Positions 12,228 to 26,360 of a stretch of 64,000 nt of DNA are shown one piece after another (position 1 is the first letter of the stretch; every line of letters begins with the position of its first letter). The stretch lies in assembly GCF_006345805.1 (NCBI RefSeq), contig NC_043013.1:34968001-35032000 (forward strand). The letters are read 5' to 3'. Source of the stretch: Octopus sinensis (taxonomy: Eukaryota). The translations under genes and the position numbers were made by a program. Under the pieces are notes generated by a model. It saw nothing but the letters and a program-made list of their open reading frames with translations. It ran no database searches and was not told the DNA's origin.

Positions 12228-12595
12228 ATGAAGAAGAAAAAGAAGAAGAAGAAGAAGAAGCAGGAGGAGAAGAAGAAGAAGAAGAAGAAGAAAAAGAAGA
12301 AGAAGAAAAAGAAGAAGAAGGTGAAGAAGAAGAAGAAGGTGAAAAAGGTGAAGAAGGTGAAGAAGAAGAAGAAGATAGAAGAAGAAGGTGAAGGTGAAGG
12401 TGAAGAAGAAGAAGAAGGTGACGAAGAAGAAGAAGAGAAGTAGGAGAAAAAGAACAAGGAGAAGAAGAAGAAGAAGAAGAAGGTGAAGAAGAAGAAAAGA
12501 AGGAGTAAGAGGAGGGGGAGAAGAAGAACAAGAAGAAGAAAAAGAAGAAAAAGAAGAAGAAGAAGAAGGAGAAAGCGAAGAAGAAGAATATCATC
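12228..12595. repeat. (GAA)n-type polypurine tract
   Basis: About 370 bp, almost entirely A/G on the plus strand. Confidence 0.95.
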
Positions 12596-12959
12596 ATCAA
12601 CAACAGCGACAATCATTAATTTCTTATTTCTATCATTTCTTTTACACGTCTTTATTCTTCATTATTTTTCTAGCTGTGACTTCAGCAATTGTAGTCTCAT
12701 TGCTCCACTGCCACCACCACCACCACCACCACACCACCACCACCACCAACAGCACTACACACTTTAGTGTTTAATTGTTTTCTAATTAACAAGATATCGC
12801 CACTATTGTTCTCCTCCCTTCTGGCAGCACAAATTTTTTGTTTTTACTTGTCTCTTGTCTTGTTGGTTCCTTATTTTATTTATTTCTTTATCTATATACT
12901 TTTTTTTTATTTTTACTTCCTTACAGAATTGTAACATCTATGGTTATGTTTATAGGTGA

Positions 12960-13015
<56 letters not shown>

Positions 13016-13256
13016 ATACATATATAGTTGTGTGTTTCTGTGTTTGTATGTGTGTGTATTTGAGCATTTCTGTTTTGCCATTTTTGCATCGTTTCTTAGG
13101 TTGGAAAATGTTTTTTATTTTGTTTATAATATTATTTTTTTCCATTTGTTTATGTTTTTTTATGCTGCTTTCGTTAATTGGTATTGTTTAATTTGAACCA
13201 CATACACACATACATACACACATACATATATATATATGTATGTATATTTATATATA

Positions 13257-13300
<44 letters not shown>

Positions 13301-14138
13301 TACTTAGGTATATATATATACATACACATATATATTAGATGTGTTCAAATTTATTTTCTTTTATCACTTTCAGTAATTAAAAGTAATTGAATGATCTGAT
13401 ATAGAATCTACTACTACTACTACTATTACTACTACTACTGCTACTACAAATACTACTACTGCTACTGCTGCTGTTGCTGCTGTAATGATAATGATACGGA
13501 TTGCAATTATGACAACAATTATAAAATATCAGTGAGAATGCTGTTGATGAAGATGATGACTACAACAACGATGATGATGGTGATTGATGATAATGATGAT
13601 GATGATGAGGAGGAGGAGGAGGAAGAAGAGGTTTGTTAATTGCAGGCTTTTAGCCGTCAGTTTATTTACAGAAGAAAGGAAAGGGGGGGGGGAACGTAGA
13701 AGTTGTGAAGTTGATGCATTTATCACAATCAAAATAACTGATTTCTTATATATTGAAAAACAATGCTAACAGCAACAACAACAACTACCACCATGATGAC
13801 GACGATGACGACAACGATAACAATTGACTCATATTGATAACAATAATAGCAATCAAATATAATTAAAATGATAATGATTTCGTTTTTATTTGCCACGGGG
13901 TCTATACAAACGCAAACATTTAAATACATTTAAGAGAAGACAATATATTTAGGGTTGTCCGCCCGCCAAAAAAAAAGTATCATCAAAGTAATTATGATTA
14001 TAATTGCAATTCTTATTAATATTTTTGCTAATTATTATTGTTTTTATTATTATTGTTTCCATTATTATTATTATCATTATTATTGTTGGTGGTGGTGGTG
14101 GTGTTGTTGTTGTTAACACCATCATCATCCTGATCATG

Positions 14139-14182
<44 letters not shown>

Positions 14183-14254
14183 TATCATCATCCTCATTAT
14201 CATCATTATTATTATTCCTTATCCTTTATCATTATTATTATTCCTTATCCTTTA

Positions 14255-14300
<46 letters not shown>

Positions 14301-14732
14301 CATCATCTTTATTGTTATTATTATTATTATTGCTGTTGTTGTTATTGTTATCGTTTTTTTTTTCAGTATCACCTACATGAACAGCAAAACACCAACAACT
14401 TAATTAATAGACCCACTAAATCAATTGTCTTTGTCTCATTAGCAATTGTATTAAATTGCAAAAGGAGGCAGAACAACAATACTACAACAACAACAACAAC
14501 GACAACAACAACAAACAACAGTAACAAAAACAAAAAACATCAAGATTAAAAGAAGAAACTAAATAACAAACGCAACAATCCAATAAAGAAAGAAAATTAA
14601 AATAAAAAGAAGATAAAATAAACAAACTTTAACATGGAAAATGGTAAAATATAAAAAACATCAAAACGAAGAGAAAGGAATAGAAAGTGCAATCATTATC
14701 ATTAACAAGGAAACTTAATTGATATAAAAGCT

Positions 14733-14777
<45 letters not shown>

Positions 14778-14845
14778 TACATATACATATATATATTTGC
14801 ATATATGTATATATTTACACACACACACATATATATATATACATT

Positions 14846-14888
<43 letters not shown>

Positions 14889-16329
14889 GCATGCACACAC
14901 ACATGCATTTTGTAATTGCTAATTGCATTGTTGTTCTTAAGTGTTGTTCTTAAAAAATAAAAGAAAAGCTAAGGTTTTGAGTTTTTATTTTTTATTATTT
15001 TTTTGGGGTTTTGTTTTATTCCTTTCCTTTTTCTTTTTTTCGAGGCTGTTACTTGTTCTACAGAATCTTGTTATAGCAAATGTTGAAACTGTGCCATGTT
15101 CGTAACCTCCACATCACACCGTCTCAGCGCCACAAAACCTCAAAACAACCCCACCACCACCACCACCACCACCACCACCACCTCCACACTTCTCCATTTT
15201 CATTAACACTATATACAACACCTTCATTAAATGTAATATCGCAAATAATAATTAAACATGCTCACACACACACACACACACACATACACATACAGAAGCA
15301 GACTTATTCACACACACACACATGCATATACACATACAAACACATATCAAGACGTATTCTGTTCGGTTAACCACAGGTAAAAGCACAAATAAATAAATTA
15401 AAATTGCGTTGCCTTCAGGATTAGAAAAATAAAGATCTGATTTGAACTAAATAGTCTATAGATCCTTAGGGTACTTGACTTGTAATATTTGTGTTGTTGT
15501 TATTATGTTGTTGTTGTTATTATTGGTATTAATTTTCTACCTTATTTGTTAATCGTTTTTCTCTGTTTATTGTTGTTGTTTTTTTTAAATCCATTTTCTT
15601 TTCCCTTCTTTATTCTTTGTATATTGTTTGTGTCGAATGAATAAACAGGTTGAGTTTCTTCAGTAAGGACATGTCTTGCATGGTGCTTAAGTTTTTTTTT
15701 TTTTATATTTTTGGAACATGACAAAAACCTGGATACAGGAGGGTAAGTGGAGATGGTAAATTGGGGGGGGGGGAATCTTTTATTTGTTTACTCATTTGTT
15801 TATATATATCTCTCTCTATATATATATTTATTCATTTATCTTAATTGTTTGTGTCTCAGTTGATAATAAAACTGAATCGTTTTAGCTTTACTTGTAAAGA
15901 AGATACGAAGCAAGATTTATGGAGCTAAGTGGAAATTTGCTGTTTTGCTAACCTGGCTGACCCATGCAAGCAAGGTGAGGTAAGAATCAGATATTTGAGC
16001 ATGGGGAAAAATGATGATGATGATGATGATGACGACAATGATTATGAAGGGGAGAAAGATCATCATAATCGTTATCATCATCAGCATTACCACAATCATC
16101 TTTATATAGGTAAGAATAAGAGAAGGGGGAAGAAGAAGGAGGATAAAAAAAGATGTAGCAACGAAAGGATTTGATTCACAACACTATAACAAATGCACAA
16201 CTAGAAGAGGTTAATTAAAACAGCTGGGATTAACTCAAGAAAGAGTGAATGGAAGTGAGATGAGGTGAAAGTATTTGAGATCAAATAAAATTAGCTTCTA
16301 TGAAATGAAATGCTTAGTGATCAAATGAA

Positions 16330-17670
16330 AGAATATAGGAACAAACGAATTGAAGTGGTATCAAAATTAGGAAGTGAGGCTCCAATGATAAAAGCATGGA
16401 TCAAAAGAGAGAATTCAGAATAAAAACAAAACTGGCTAGGATAAAAATGAAAGAGGCTGGGATCAAATGAGGGCCTGGGATCAAATTAAAGCAGCTAGTA
16501 TTAAATGAATAGATCTAGGTTCAAATAAAAATGGCACCATAAAATGAGACTGAGATCAAAGGGAAAAAAGCATGGATCAATTGAGAGACTCTATAATACA
16601 AGTTAAACTAGTTGGAATAAAATGAAGCAAGCTGAGATCAAATGAGGGTCTGGGATCAAATTAAAGCAGCTAGTATCAAATTGACAGATCTGGGTTAAAA
16701 TAAAAGGAGTTTGGATCAAGTGAAAAGGGGTGGCATGTAATAGAATGATCTAAATCAAATATAAGGTATTTGGAAGGAAATGAACAGAAATCGGATCAAG
16801 TGAAAGAATCTAGAATCAAATAAATGCAATTGAGATCAAGTGAAAGGAAAGTCAGAGTAAATGGCACCATAAAATGAGACTGGGATCAAAGGGAAAAAAG
16901 CATGGATCAATTGAGAGACTCTATAATACAAGTTAAACTAGTTGGAATAAAATGAAGCAAGCTGAGATCAAATGAGGGTCTGGGATCAAATTAAAGCAGC
17001 TAGTATCAAATTGACAGATCTGGGCTAAAATAAAAGGAGTTTGGATCAAGTGAAAAGGGGTGGCATGTAATAGAATGATCTAAATCAAATATAAGGTATT
17101 TGGAATGAAATGAACAGAAATTGGATCAAGTGAAAGAATCTAGAATCAAATAAATGCAATTGAGATCAAGTGAAAGGAAAGTCAGAGTAAATGGCACCAT
17201 AAAATGAGACTGGGATCAAAGGAGAAAAAAGCATGGATCAATTGAGAGACTCTATAATACAAGTTAAACTAGTTGGGATAAAATGAAACAAGCTGAGATC
17301 AAATAAAAATGGTTGGACATAGTCAGACAATAAGTGTCAGCAGACAAGGTGAACAGGGATCAAATGAAATTAATTAGGTCAAAACAGAAAGAAATGGGTT
17401 AAGATGATTAATACTGAATCAATTAAAAAGAATAGAAATCAAGATAAAGGACCTGGGATTGAATAAAAGATGCTGAGATCAAGTAAAAGAGGTGATTAAA
17501 TAACGTCTCATGGGATCAAATGAATGGAAGCACAATCAAATGAAAGCAGCCAGAAATGAAAGAATCAGAGCAAATGAATGAATGGGACTAAATGAAAGAA
17601 ACTGGGGGTGAATGAAATGAATTTGGATCAAATGAAAAGAGTTCAAATAAAAGGATCAAATAGGATCAAA
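16330..17670. repeat. Minisatellite of ~20-bp monomers containing a 330-bp higher-order repeat (starts at 16531, 16861 and 17191)
   Basis: atggcaccataaaatgagact recurs at exact 330-bp spacing; the ggatcaa(a/g)tgaaa-like monomer recurs about every 20 bp. Confidence 0.9.
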
Positions 17671-18040
17671 TGAGAGGGAAATTATATTAGTTTTAAGCAT
17701 CAATTTGACACAGATTAGAGAAACAGGCTCAGTAATGGGACTTAAATTATATACCTATTACTTATCAATGAATGCATTAATGATTATATGAAAAGCTCCT
17801 GCCAATCCCCTTCTCAAATTAATTACCATAAATATGTGGTTTGAATCCCATTAGTTTTCCTCTCCTGTTTCAAATTATTACTTGCAGTGTTTAATGTCTG
17901 TAAGTCAACATGTTTAGCAGCTAGTTCATTCAGGAAGCAGAATAGTGTGATGTCAAATCTGTTAACACCTTCCACAATGTAGTACAGCATGTTCATAAAG
18001 GATCTTTACAAATTCCACAATTTATCATCTTGATGTTTGG

Positions 18041-18420
18041 TGTGTAACCAATGAAGCTCATGTGGAAGTGTCCTCATGGAGCACATGTCGAAGTGTCCTC
18101 ATGGAGCTCCTGAGGAAGTGTGCTCATGCAGCCAATGAAGCTCATGTGAAAATGTACTCATGGAGCTCATGTAGAAGTGTCCTCATGTAACCAATGAAGC
18201 TCATGTGGAAATGTGCTCATGGATCTCATGTGCAAGTGTGCTCATGCAACCAATGAAGCTCATGTGGAAATATACTCATGGAGCTCATGAGGAAGTGTCC
18301 TCATGCAATCAATGAAGCTCATGTGGGAGTGTCCTCATGGAGCTCATGAGAAAGTGTCCATATGTAACCAACGAAGCTCATGTGGAAGTGTCCTCATGGA
18401 GCTCATGTGGACGTATCCCC
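18041..18420. repeat. Minisatellite of alternating 25-bp and 34-bp units (59-bp period)
   Basis: ccaatgaagctc-like anchors at 18048, 18132, 18191, 18250, 18309 and 18368. Confidence 0.9.
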
Positions 18421-18464
18421 TGACAACTTTCTACTTTAATAACAGGGACAACAGAAACAGTATT

Positions 18465-18848
18465 CCTTTATTCTTTTATTTGTTTCAGTCATTTGACTGC
18501 AGCCATGCTGGAGTACCACCTTAAAGTGCTTTATTGGAATAAATTCACCCATGGACTAATTCTTTGGAAGGCCTACTACTTATTCTATCAGTCTCTTTCA
18601 CTGAACTGTTAAGCTACAAGGATGTAAAACACACCAGCATCAATAGTCAAGCGATGGTAGGGGGGCAAGCACAGACACACAAACATACAAGTATATACAT
18701 ATACATATATGACAGGCTTCTTTCAGTTTCCATCTACCAAATCCATGCACAAGGCTTTGGTCAGCCCGAGGCTTTAGTAGAAGACACTCGCCCAAGGTGA
18801 CAAGTAGTGGGACTGAACTCAGAACCATGTGGTTGGGAAGTAAGCTTC
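18465..18848 (-). mobile_element. tRNA-derived SINE, family A (most abundant)
   Basis: Matches the full-length copies at 35927-36344 and 51288-51697. Confidence 0.85.
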
Positions 18849-19059
18849 AGGTAATGATCTTTATGTAAGATAGAAGGCATAATATTTAAGAAGAAAGGAT
18901 TCAGTCTGTTTTATTGACTTGGCAGATATTTTCTGTTACGGATCTGTGAAGGAAGATGGAAATTAAGGACTAAAATCACAAGGTATGATTTGGACTTTGA
19001 ATCTGAGAGGCAAAGAAATTAAACATCATTATTCTTTCAATTCTGCCAGCTAATAAAAA

Positions 19060-19520
19060 TAAATATGATGATGAGGATGATGATGATGATGATGATGACA
19101 ATGGCAATGATGAAAACTGCGATGACACGATGCCTACAAAGATTAAGATGATGATGATGATGATGACGATGATGATGACGAAAAGGACAATGATGATGAC
19201 TGCAATAATGATGAAGATGATGATGACGATGATGATGATGATGATGATGAAGACACAGTAATATTGACAGTGATAATAATGATGATGATGATGATGAGGA
19301 TGAAGATAATGACGATGATGAAAGCAATAATAATGATGATGGTGGTAATGGTTAAAAGTATGATGATGATGATGATGATGACGATGATGATGATGACGAT
19401 GATGACGATGATGATGATGATAATGAGGATGATGATGATGACGACGAAGGCAACGATATTGATGATGATGAAAGCAATAATAATGATGATGGTGGTAATG
19501 ATTAAAAGTATGATGATGAT
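19060..19520. repeat. (ATG)n imperfect microsatellite with an internal duplication
   Basis: gatgaaagcaataataatgatgatggtggtaatg occurs twice. Confidence 0.9.
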
Positions 19521-19838
19521 GAGGACAGCACAGGATCATGACACAAAACAATGGAAAATATCACATTATGAAACCAAGAGTTGCCTTGTTTATCAGTGGG
19601 ATCTATGGGGAAAAAATAAAAGATCAATTACCATCATCATCATCATCATGATCATCAAAACTGATAACAGCAAACTCCCCGTCCCCAACACTGCATAATA
19701 CTCACATGCATGTTATCATATATATACATCACAGACTGATTAAGACAACAAATTATGTAGACACACATGCACACAAGCATAAGCCATAGTATTCTCACAC
19801 ACACATACACACACATTTTATAAGAGGAAGGAGAAAAT

Positions 19839-19886
<48 letters not shown>

Positions 19887-20429
19887 GAAAGAGAGAGTGG
19901 GAGATAGAAAGAGAAAAAGAAGATTTATGAAATCCAAAATTATAGTTTTAATGTAATAACATCCTTCCCATGAACATCACCACCACCACTGCCACCACCA
20001 CTGCCACCACCACTACTACCACCACCACCACCACTCCTAGTGCCACCACTGCTAACACCACCGCCGCCGCCACCACCACTCCTACCACTAGTCCCCACCA
20101 CCACCACCATCGCATCACTAGTCACATCACTATCAAAGACAAACTCGTTACTAGCAAAGATACACCTTGATTAGAACAAACAGCATCCCCTTCACCTCTA
20201 CCATTTCCTCCTCTGCTTTAATGCTGTCCTCCTCCTACTGCACCACCACCACCACCACCACCTACACCATTACCATCCTCTTTGCAATTGTTACCACTGC
20301 AACCATAACACTGGGCCACTAACACCAACACTGCCAGCCTCCTTCTCCTCCTTCTCCTCCTCCCCCTCTTTCACCACTTCCACAGTCACCATTACAACTG
20401 CTCCAACCACCATTATCGCTATCAGCATC

Positions 20430-21270
20430 ACCACCACCACCAACAACTACCCCCAACACTGCCAGCCATCTCTCTCCCTCTTTCCTCGGCCAGCTCTTTC
20501 ACAATAAACATCATCATCATCATTGCCAATGGCACTCCTAACACCATCACCAACACCACAACAACCATTATCACCACCACCGCCACCACTACCACAACCA
20601 TCACCACTACCACCACCATTACCACTATCACCACCATTACCATTACCACTACCACCAACACACACAACTAGCACCACCACCACTACAACCACACACACAA
20701 CCATCACCACACACAGAGCCACCACTACCACCACCACCACAACCACACACACAACTACCACTACCACCACCACCATAACCGCACACACAACCACCACAAC
20801 CACACACACAACCACCACCACAACCACCAAAACCACATACACAACCACCACCACCACACACAATCACCACCACCACTACCATTGATGCCACTGTCACCAC
20901 AACCATTGACGCCTCTGCTACCACCACCACTACCACCACCACCACCACATACACAACCACCACCATCACAACCACCACCAATACCACTACCACCACCACT
21001 ACCATTGATGCCACTGCCACCACAACCATTGACACCTCTGCTACCACTACCACCACCACCACCACATACACAACCACCACCACCACACACAACCACCACC
21101 ACCACACACAACCACCACCACCACCACCACCACCACAACCACCACCAATACCACTACCACCACCACTACCATTGATGCCACTGCCACCACAACCCTTGAT
21201 GCCTCTGCTACCACCACCACCACCACCACTACTACCGCCACTACCACCAACACCACTACCACCAACACCA
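20430..21270. repeat. ACC-rich complex minisatellite
   Basis: Recurrent ccaccactaccattgatgccactg units; explains the poly-V/G/T/P ORFs. Confidence 0.9.
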
Positions 21271-21869
21271 TAATTGACAGCTTCCTCACCTTATGTAGAT
21301 AAATCTATTGCTTTCCACAACTTCACCTATGTCATGTGCATCAACCACCACGAGGACTCTCTCTCACCTCTCATAGCAAAATCAACAACACCAACATTAT
21401 CAACGTCATCATCATCATCATCATCATCATCATGCATTTCTGAAGCAAAGCACACAAAAGCACACATACACACACATGCATAAACACACACGCACACATA
21501 CACAGGCATACGTGCGCACATGTATGCAGGTGTGCATACGTGCGCATATTATGCAAGCGCTCATACAGACAGACAGAAAGGCACTGGCAAATAAAAAAGC
21601 AAAATAATTTTCATGCTGGCACCTCTGCCACCACCACCACCACAACCACCACCACCACTGCCGCCGATACCATTATCCTTTAGCACCTACCAATACCCTA
21701 ACACACCCCAGCCCACTACCCCTGTGGAGGAAACTCCTACTCATTCATCAGCCTTCTCCACCCTAGCTACCCTCAGAATCACTGAGCCTTGAAACCCCAT
21801 CTTCCACCCAGCGTGAACTATTTCGAAAAATCATCCACCACTGCCTCTTTGAATAATAATAACAGCAAA

Positions 21870-21893
21870 CATTGATGATGATGATGACGATGG

Positions 21894-21925
<32 letters not shown>

Positions 21926-22371
21926 ATGCTGGTGGTGGTGGTGGTGGTGGTGACGATGATAATGATGATGATGATATTGGTGGTGGTGGCGACGACAATG
22001 ACAACAATGTTGATTAATGATGTTGGTGATGATGATGGTGGTGATTATGATGATGATGGTGGTGGTGGTGGTGGTAATGATCATGGCGATGACGACGACG
22101 ACGGCGATGATGATGATGATAGTGTTGGTGATGGTGATGATGATGATGATGAGTTTGATGATGAGGATGATGATGGTGGTGGCTCTTGTGATGATGATGG
22201 TCATGGAGGTAGTGATGACGATGATGACAACATTGATGATGATGGTAAGGAGGAGGAAGAGGAAGAGGAGGAGAAGGATTGTCATGGCGGCGGTGTATGA
22301 TGATGATGTTCATGATAGTCATCGTCATCATTATCATCGTTATGTTGGCAGCGGTGATGGTGCCGATGACG

Positions 22372-22402
<31 letters not shown>

Positions 22403-22650
22403 TGATAATAATGATAATAACAACAACAATGATGATGACGGCGATGACAACAACAACAACAACAACAGCAACCACGACGATGATGACAACGATGACGCTG
22501 GCAATGATGGTGAGGATTCTGTCGAAAGCAATAATAACATAAACAATACCAATAACAACAACAACGGCAACAACAACAACAACAACAACAGCAACAGCAA
22601 TAATGATAATGATGATGATGACGACGACGACGACGATGATGATGATGATG
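21870..22650. repeat. ATG/GGT/AAT/AAC compound trinucleotide repeat
   Basis: Seen directly. Confidence 0.9.
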
Positions 22651-23257
22651 ACTTTATTGCTTATGCATAAATATTTGAAGTTGTTTGCACATCGGTGCAG
22701 TGTAAATGTTATATAGATGGAAAAGCCGTAGTGTACAGCTTCGCTGTAGAATGCCACAAATTGTTTGCGTACATGTAATTAATGTTTCTTATATACAAAG
22801 TATTATCATCAGAAGCCAGGCTTTCTTTTCATCAATGCAGCATTCATTCTCTTTCTTTCACCTTGCTGTTGTTGTTGTTGTTGTTGTTGGTGGTAATGGT
22901 GGTGTCAGCGGTGTCAGCGGTGGTGGTGGTGTCAGTGGTGTTGGTGTTGGTGGTGGTGGTGGTTCTTGTGAAGTTGTTCATTACAGAGCAAAGACATTAT
23001 GGAAATTGGTAAATAAGGGTATGTAAATAGCATGGATAGCTACATAGATAAAGTTATGCATGTGTGTATGTGTGTGTATGTGTATTTATGTGTGTGTAGA
23101 TATTGGGGTGAGAGTGTGCGTACGTGTGTGTATGCTTATGCATGTGTGTGTATCTGTTTATCTATATCTGTGTGTGTATATATATGTACATACACACACA
23201 TATATATATATGTATACACATACACATTCATATACACAGGCATATATACATACATAA

Positions 23258-23298
<41 letters not shown>

Positions 23299-23778
23299 AG
23301 GAGAGAGAGAGAAACCGTGAGCGATAGATAAATTAGATAACCTGATAGGTAGAAGGATGTTGGTGTACATATATATATATATCATATATGCATGCATGTA
23401 TATGTATATATGTATATATGCATGCATGTATGTATAGTAAAGTAGATTGAACATTTGTAAATGCATGGGGTGTGTATATGTGTCAGAAAATAAGGGACAA
23501 AAACATTACTAAGTGAAAGAGATCCCAATGCCAGAATGTAGATTAGAATATATATTTATTAATAGATGTAATTCCACCATTGTATAACAACAACTAGTTT
23601 TGCCATAACTGGGCTCCTCAGGTTATGATCCATATTAACTCTTCATTTCTTTGTGAAGTGACAAAGGACTGTAGAGAGAAGATCAATGAGGCCAAAAGAA
23701 GGAACATCATCTAAGGAATTTCCAGTTTATAATACATGCATATAGATATAATAATAATAACAACAACAATAATAATAA

Positions 23779-24010
23779 CTGCCCTGATTTAGTACCAGGC
23801 AGTGGCTCTTATGGCTTCTGATCTTGACTGATTGGAAGTGCTATCATGTATATGTTTTGTATTAGCATAGAAGATGGGCTACAGCAAATATTTTGCTCAA
23901 TAGCAATAATCTGCTTGGCAGTTGCTTGACCGTAACCAGTCGAGTATTTCCTTTAGTGGATGACAAAAAGAGCATCTCTGATCATGAGCACAAGAAGTGG
24001 GGGAATATCA
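23779..24010 (+). mobile_element. 5' part of the short (AAT)n-flanked element
   Basis: Matches the reverse complement of 1-148 and overlaps the start of 3592-3997. Confidence 0.75.
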
Positions 24011-25302
24011 TAGGCATTTTTTTAGAGGAAAAATGTCTGTGTCAACAGGGATTGTTTCTAATGGAGGCAATTGGAGATCAGCTCAGACCATATATTTAAT
24101 TTATTTCAGTTTAGGGCAAGACTTTTAATATTTCATGAAAAACATCAATATACAGATAATACAGTTCTATATTTAAGAGATGAGGAATTATGTACATTAT
24201 TTACATTATTTACATTTGATGGATATTTGTCCTCATCTTGTTTGTGTGATGAAGTTAAAATAATAAACAGAGAACACCACTGGAAAATACGAAAACTAAA
24301 AGAAGCAACACATATGTTAGGACACAACAACCTCCTAAGCAGACCAAGTGCAGATATGAGCAGCATATAGGAACCAGTATTAAGGAAGGATAGGAGAATA
24401 TTAGATTTATAAGCCCTAAAATTCACTCCATAATTGCACAATGGCATATGGTGTAGTGGGTGCATTTTTACATGCCATCGGCATGGAAGCTAGTCAGGTG
24501 ACACTGGCATCAACCACGTAGTCAGGTGGCACTGGCATTGTATCTAGAAATACATTATCTGATATATCTTCCTTCACATTTCGTTTTTAAGGTGTGTTGC
24601 AGGTGTGATTTTTAAGGGAGAATTACTTGCTACTTTTAGCAGTTTAACTAACTGCATAGAGACATTGGTGTGAGTTAAAGGGTGTTCACTAGTGGTGAGG
24701 ATGCTACTGATTGTGGTGGTGGTGATGAGGATGATGAAGAAGTCAAAGAGGAGGAGGATGAGGAGGTGGAGAAGGAAAATGGTGGTGGCGGTGGTGAAGG
24801 AGAAGGAGAAGGTGGTTGGGGAGAAGGATATGGAAGAAAAGGAGGTGGGTGGACGAGGAGGGGGATGATGGTGGTGGTAGTGATAATGTTGGTAGTGGTC
24901 ATCATGTTGGTCTCGGTAGTGATGTTGTTGCTGCTGCTGATGATGATGATGACAGTTATGATGGTGGTGGTGTTGGAAGTGGTGGTCGGGGTGATGGAAG
25001 TGATGGTGGTGAGATAGTGATGATGATGAGGAGGAGGACCACCAGAATGATGATGACAATGATGATGATAGTTTCGATGACAACAATGGCGATAGTGTTA
25101 TTGTCCAGCAAACGGGTGTTCAGTCTTTGACAAAATGGCATGTGATGAAAGGAATGCCAAAGCATGCACTTTTGGCTTCTGCTCAGTTAAAGAATAACTT
25201 AGACTATATTATCCAATGTGTCCCAAAATTTTGAAAAAGGTAGCATATGATCTTCAGAATGTATTGTTGCTATTTCCAGAAGATTTATATATATGTGTGC
25301 GT

Positions 25303-25334
<32 letters not shown>

Positions 25335-25364
25335 ATACATATGTATATATATATATATATATAT

Positions 25365-25550
25365 GGCCCGTAAAAAGCACCCACTACACTCACGGAGTGG
25401 TTGGCATTAGGAAGGGCATCCAGCTGTAGAAACACTGCCAGATCAGACAGGAGCCTGGTGCAGCCTCCTGGCTTCCCAGACACTTGTTGAACCGTCCAAC
25501 CCATTCTAGCATGGAAAACGGACATTAAACGATGATGATGACGATGATGA
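25365..25550 (+). mobile_element. Family C RTE-tail retroposon, 3' part
   Basis: Contains gttggcattaggaagggcatccagctgtagaaac and ends in an (ATG)n tail. Confidence 0.8.
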
Positions 25551-25616
25551 TATATATATATATGTGTGTATATAATATATTATATATATATATATATCTA
25601 TGTCTATCTATCTATC

Positions 25617-25663
<47 letters not shown>

Positions 25664-25728
25664 ATATATATATTAATATATATATATATATATATATAAT
25701 ATATATATACATACATATATATATATAA

Positions 25729-25940
25729 GCAGGAGTGGCTGTATGGTAGTAGTTACTTACCAACACATGCTTCAGTTTCTGTCCCACTGCATGGCACCTT
25801 GGGCAAGTGCCTTCTACTATAGCCTCAGGCCGACCACAGCTTTGTGAGTGGATCTGGTAGATGGAAACTGAAAGAAGCCTGTTGTATATGTATATGTTTG
25901 CACATCTGTGTTTGTCCTGCCAACATCACATGACAACCGA
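25729..25940 (+). mobile_element. Family A SINE, 5' half
   Basis: Head gcaggagtggctgtatggtag. Confidence 0.8.
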
Positions 25941-26308
25941 GGTCTTATCCTCATTATGTATATAATTATTAATATAATATTTAGAAAAATTACCTATAAG
26001 GTTTTTATTTTCACGCTGACCACCTGATACAATCATGAATGATTTTATCCTTTATTATATAAATAGATAGATAGATATATATACATGTGTATATACATAT
26101 ATATATATATATATGTTTATGTGTGTGTGTGCATTGCTATTCATGCTACACCACACATATTGAGTTCTCATTTGAACTATAGCTGGCCAAGCTCCATACT
26201 GTGCATATTATACACACATATAAAATAAATAGATATGTATGCATATATGTATGTATGAGTGTGTGTGTATGTATGCATGCATAAATGTATATATACATAC
26301 ATTCATAA

Positions 26309-26360
<52 letters not shown>

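Noticed and set aside
15887-15980. Possible plus-strand exon ending gag|gtaaga (LLVKKIRSKIYGAKWKFAVLLTW...)
   Set aside because: Moderate splice signals only; no supporting partner exon or homology.
16531-18420. CRISPR-like or protein-coding repeat array
   Set aside because: Eukaryotic context, no constant repeat with unique spacers, no cas genes, and no long repeat-encoded ORF (only the 73-aa 18303-18524 overlap).
23779-23860. HDV-like ribozyme or U2 snRNA origin for the 5' end of the AAT element
   Set aside because: A P4-like hairpin is present but I could not build P1/P2/P3; the U2 similarity is only about 10 nt (gcagtacc-like).
25102-25240. Open frames after ttgtccag (QTGVQSLTKWHVMKG... 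and NGCSVFDKMACDERN...)
   Set aside because: Short, both end in stops, and no recognisable homology.
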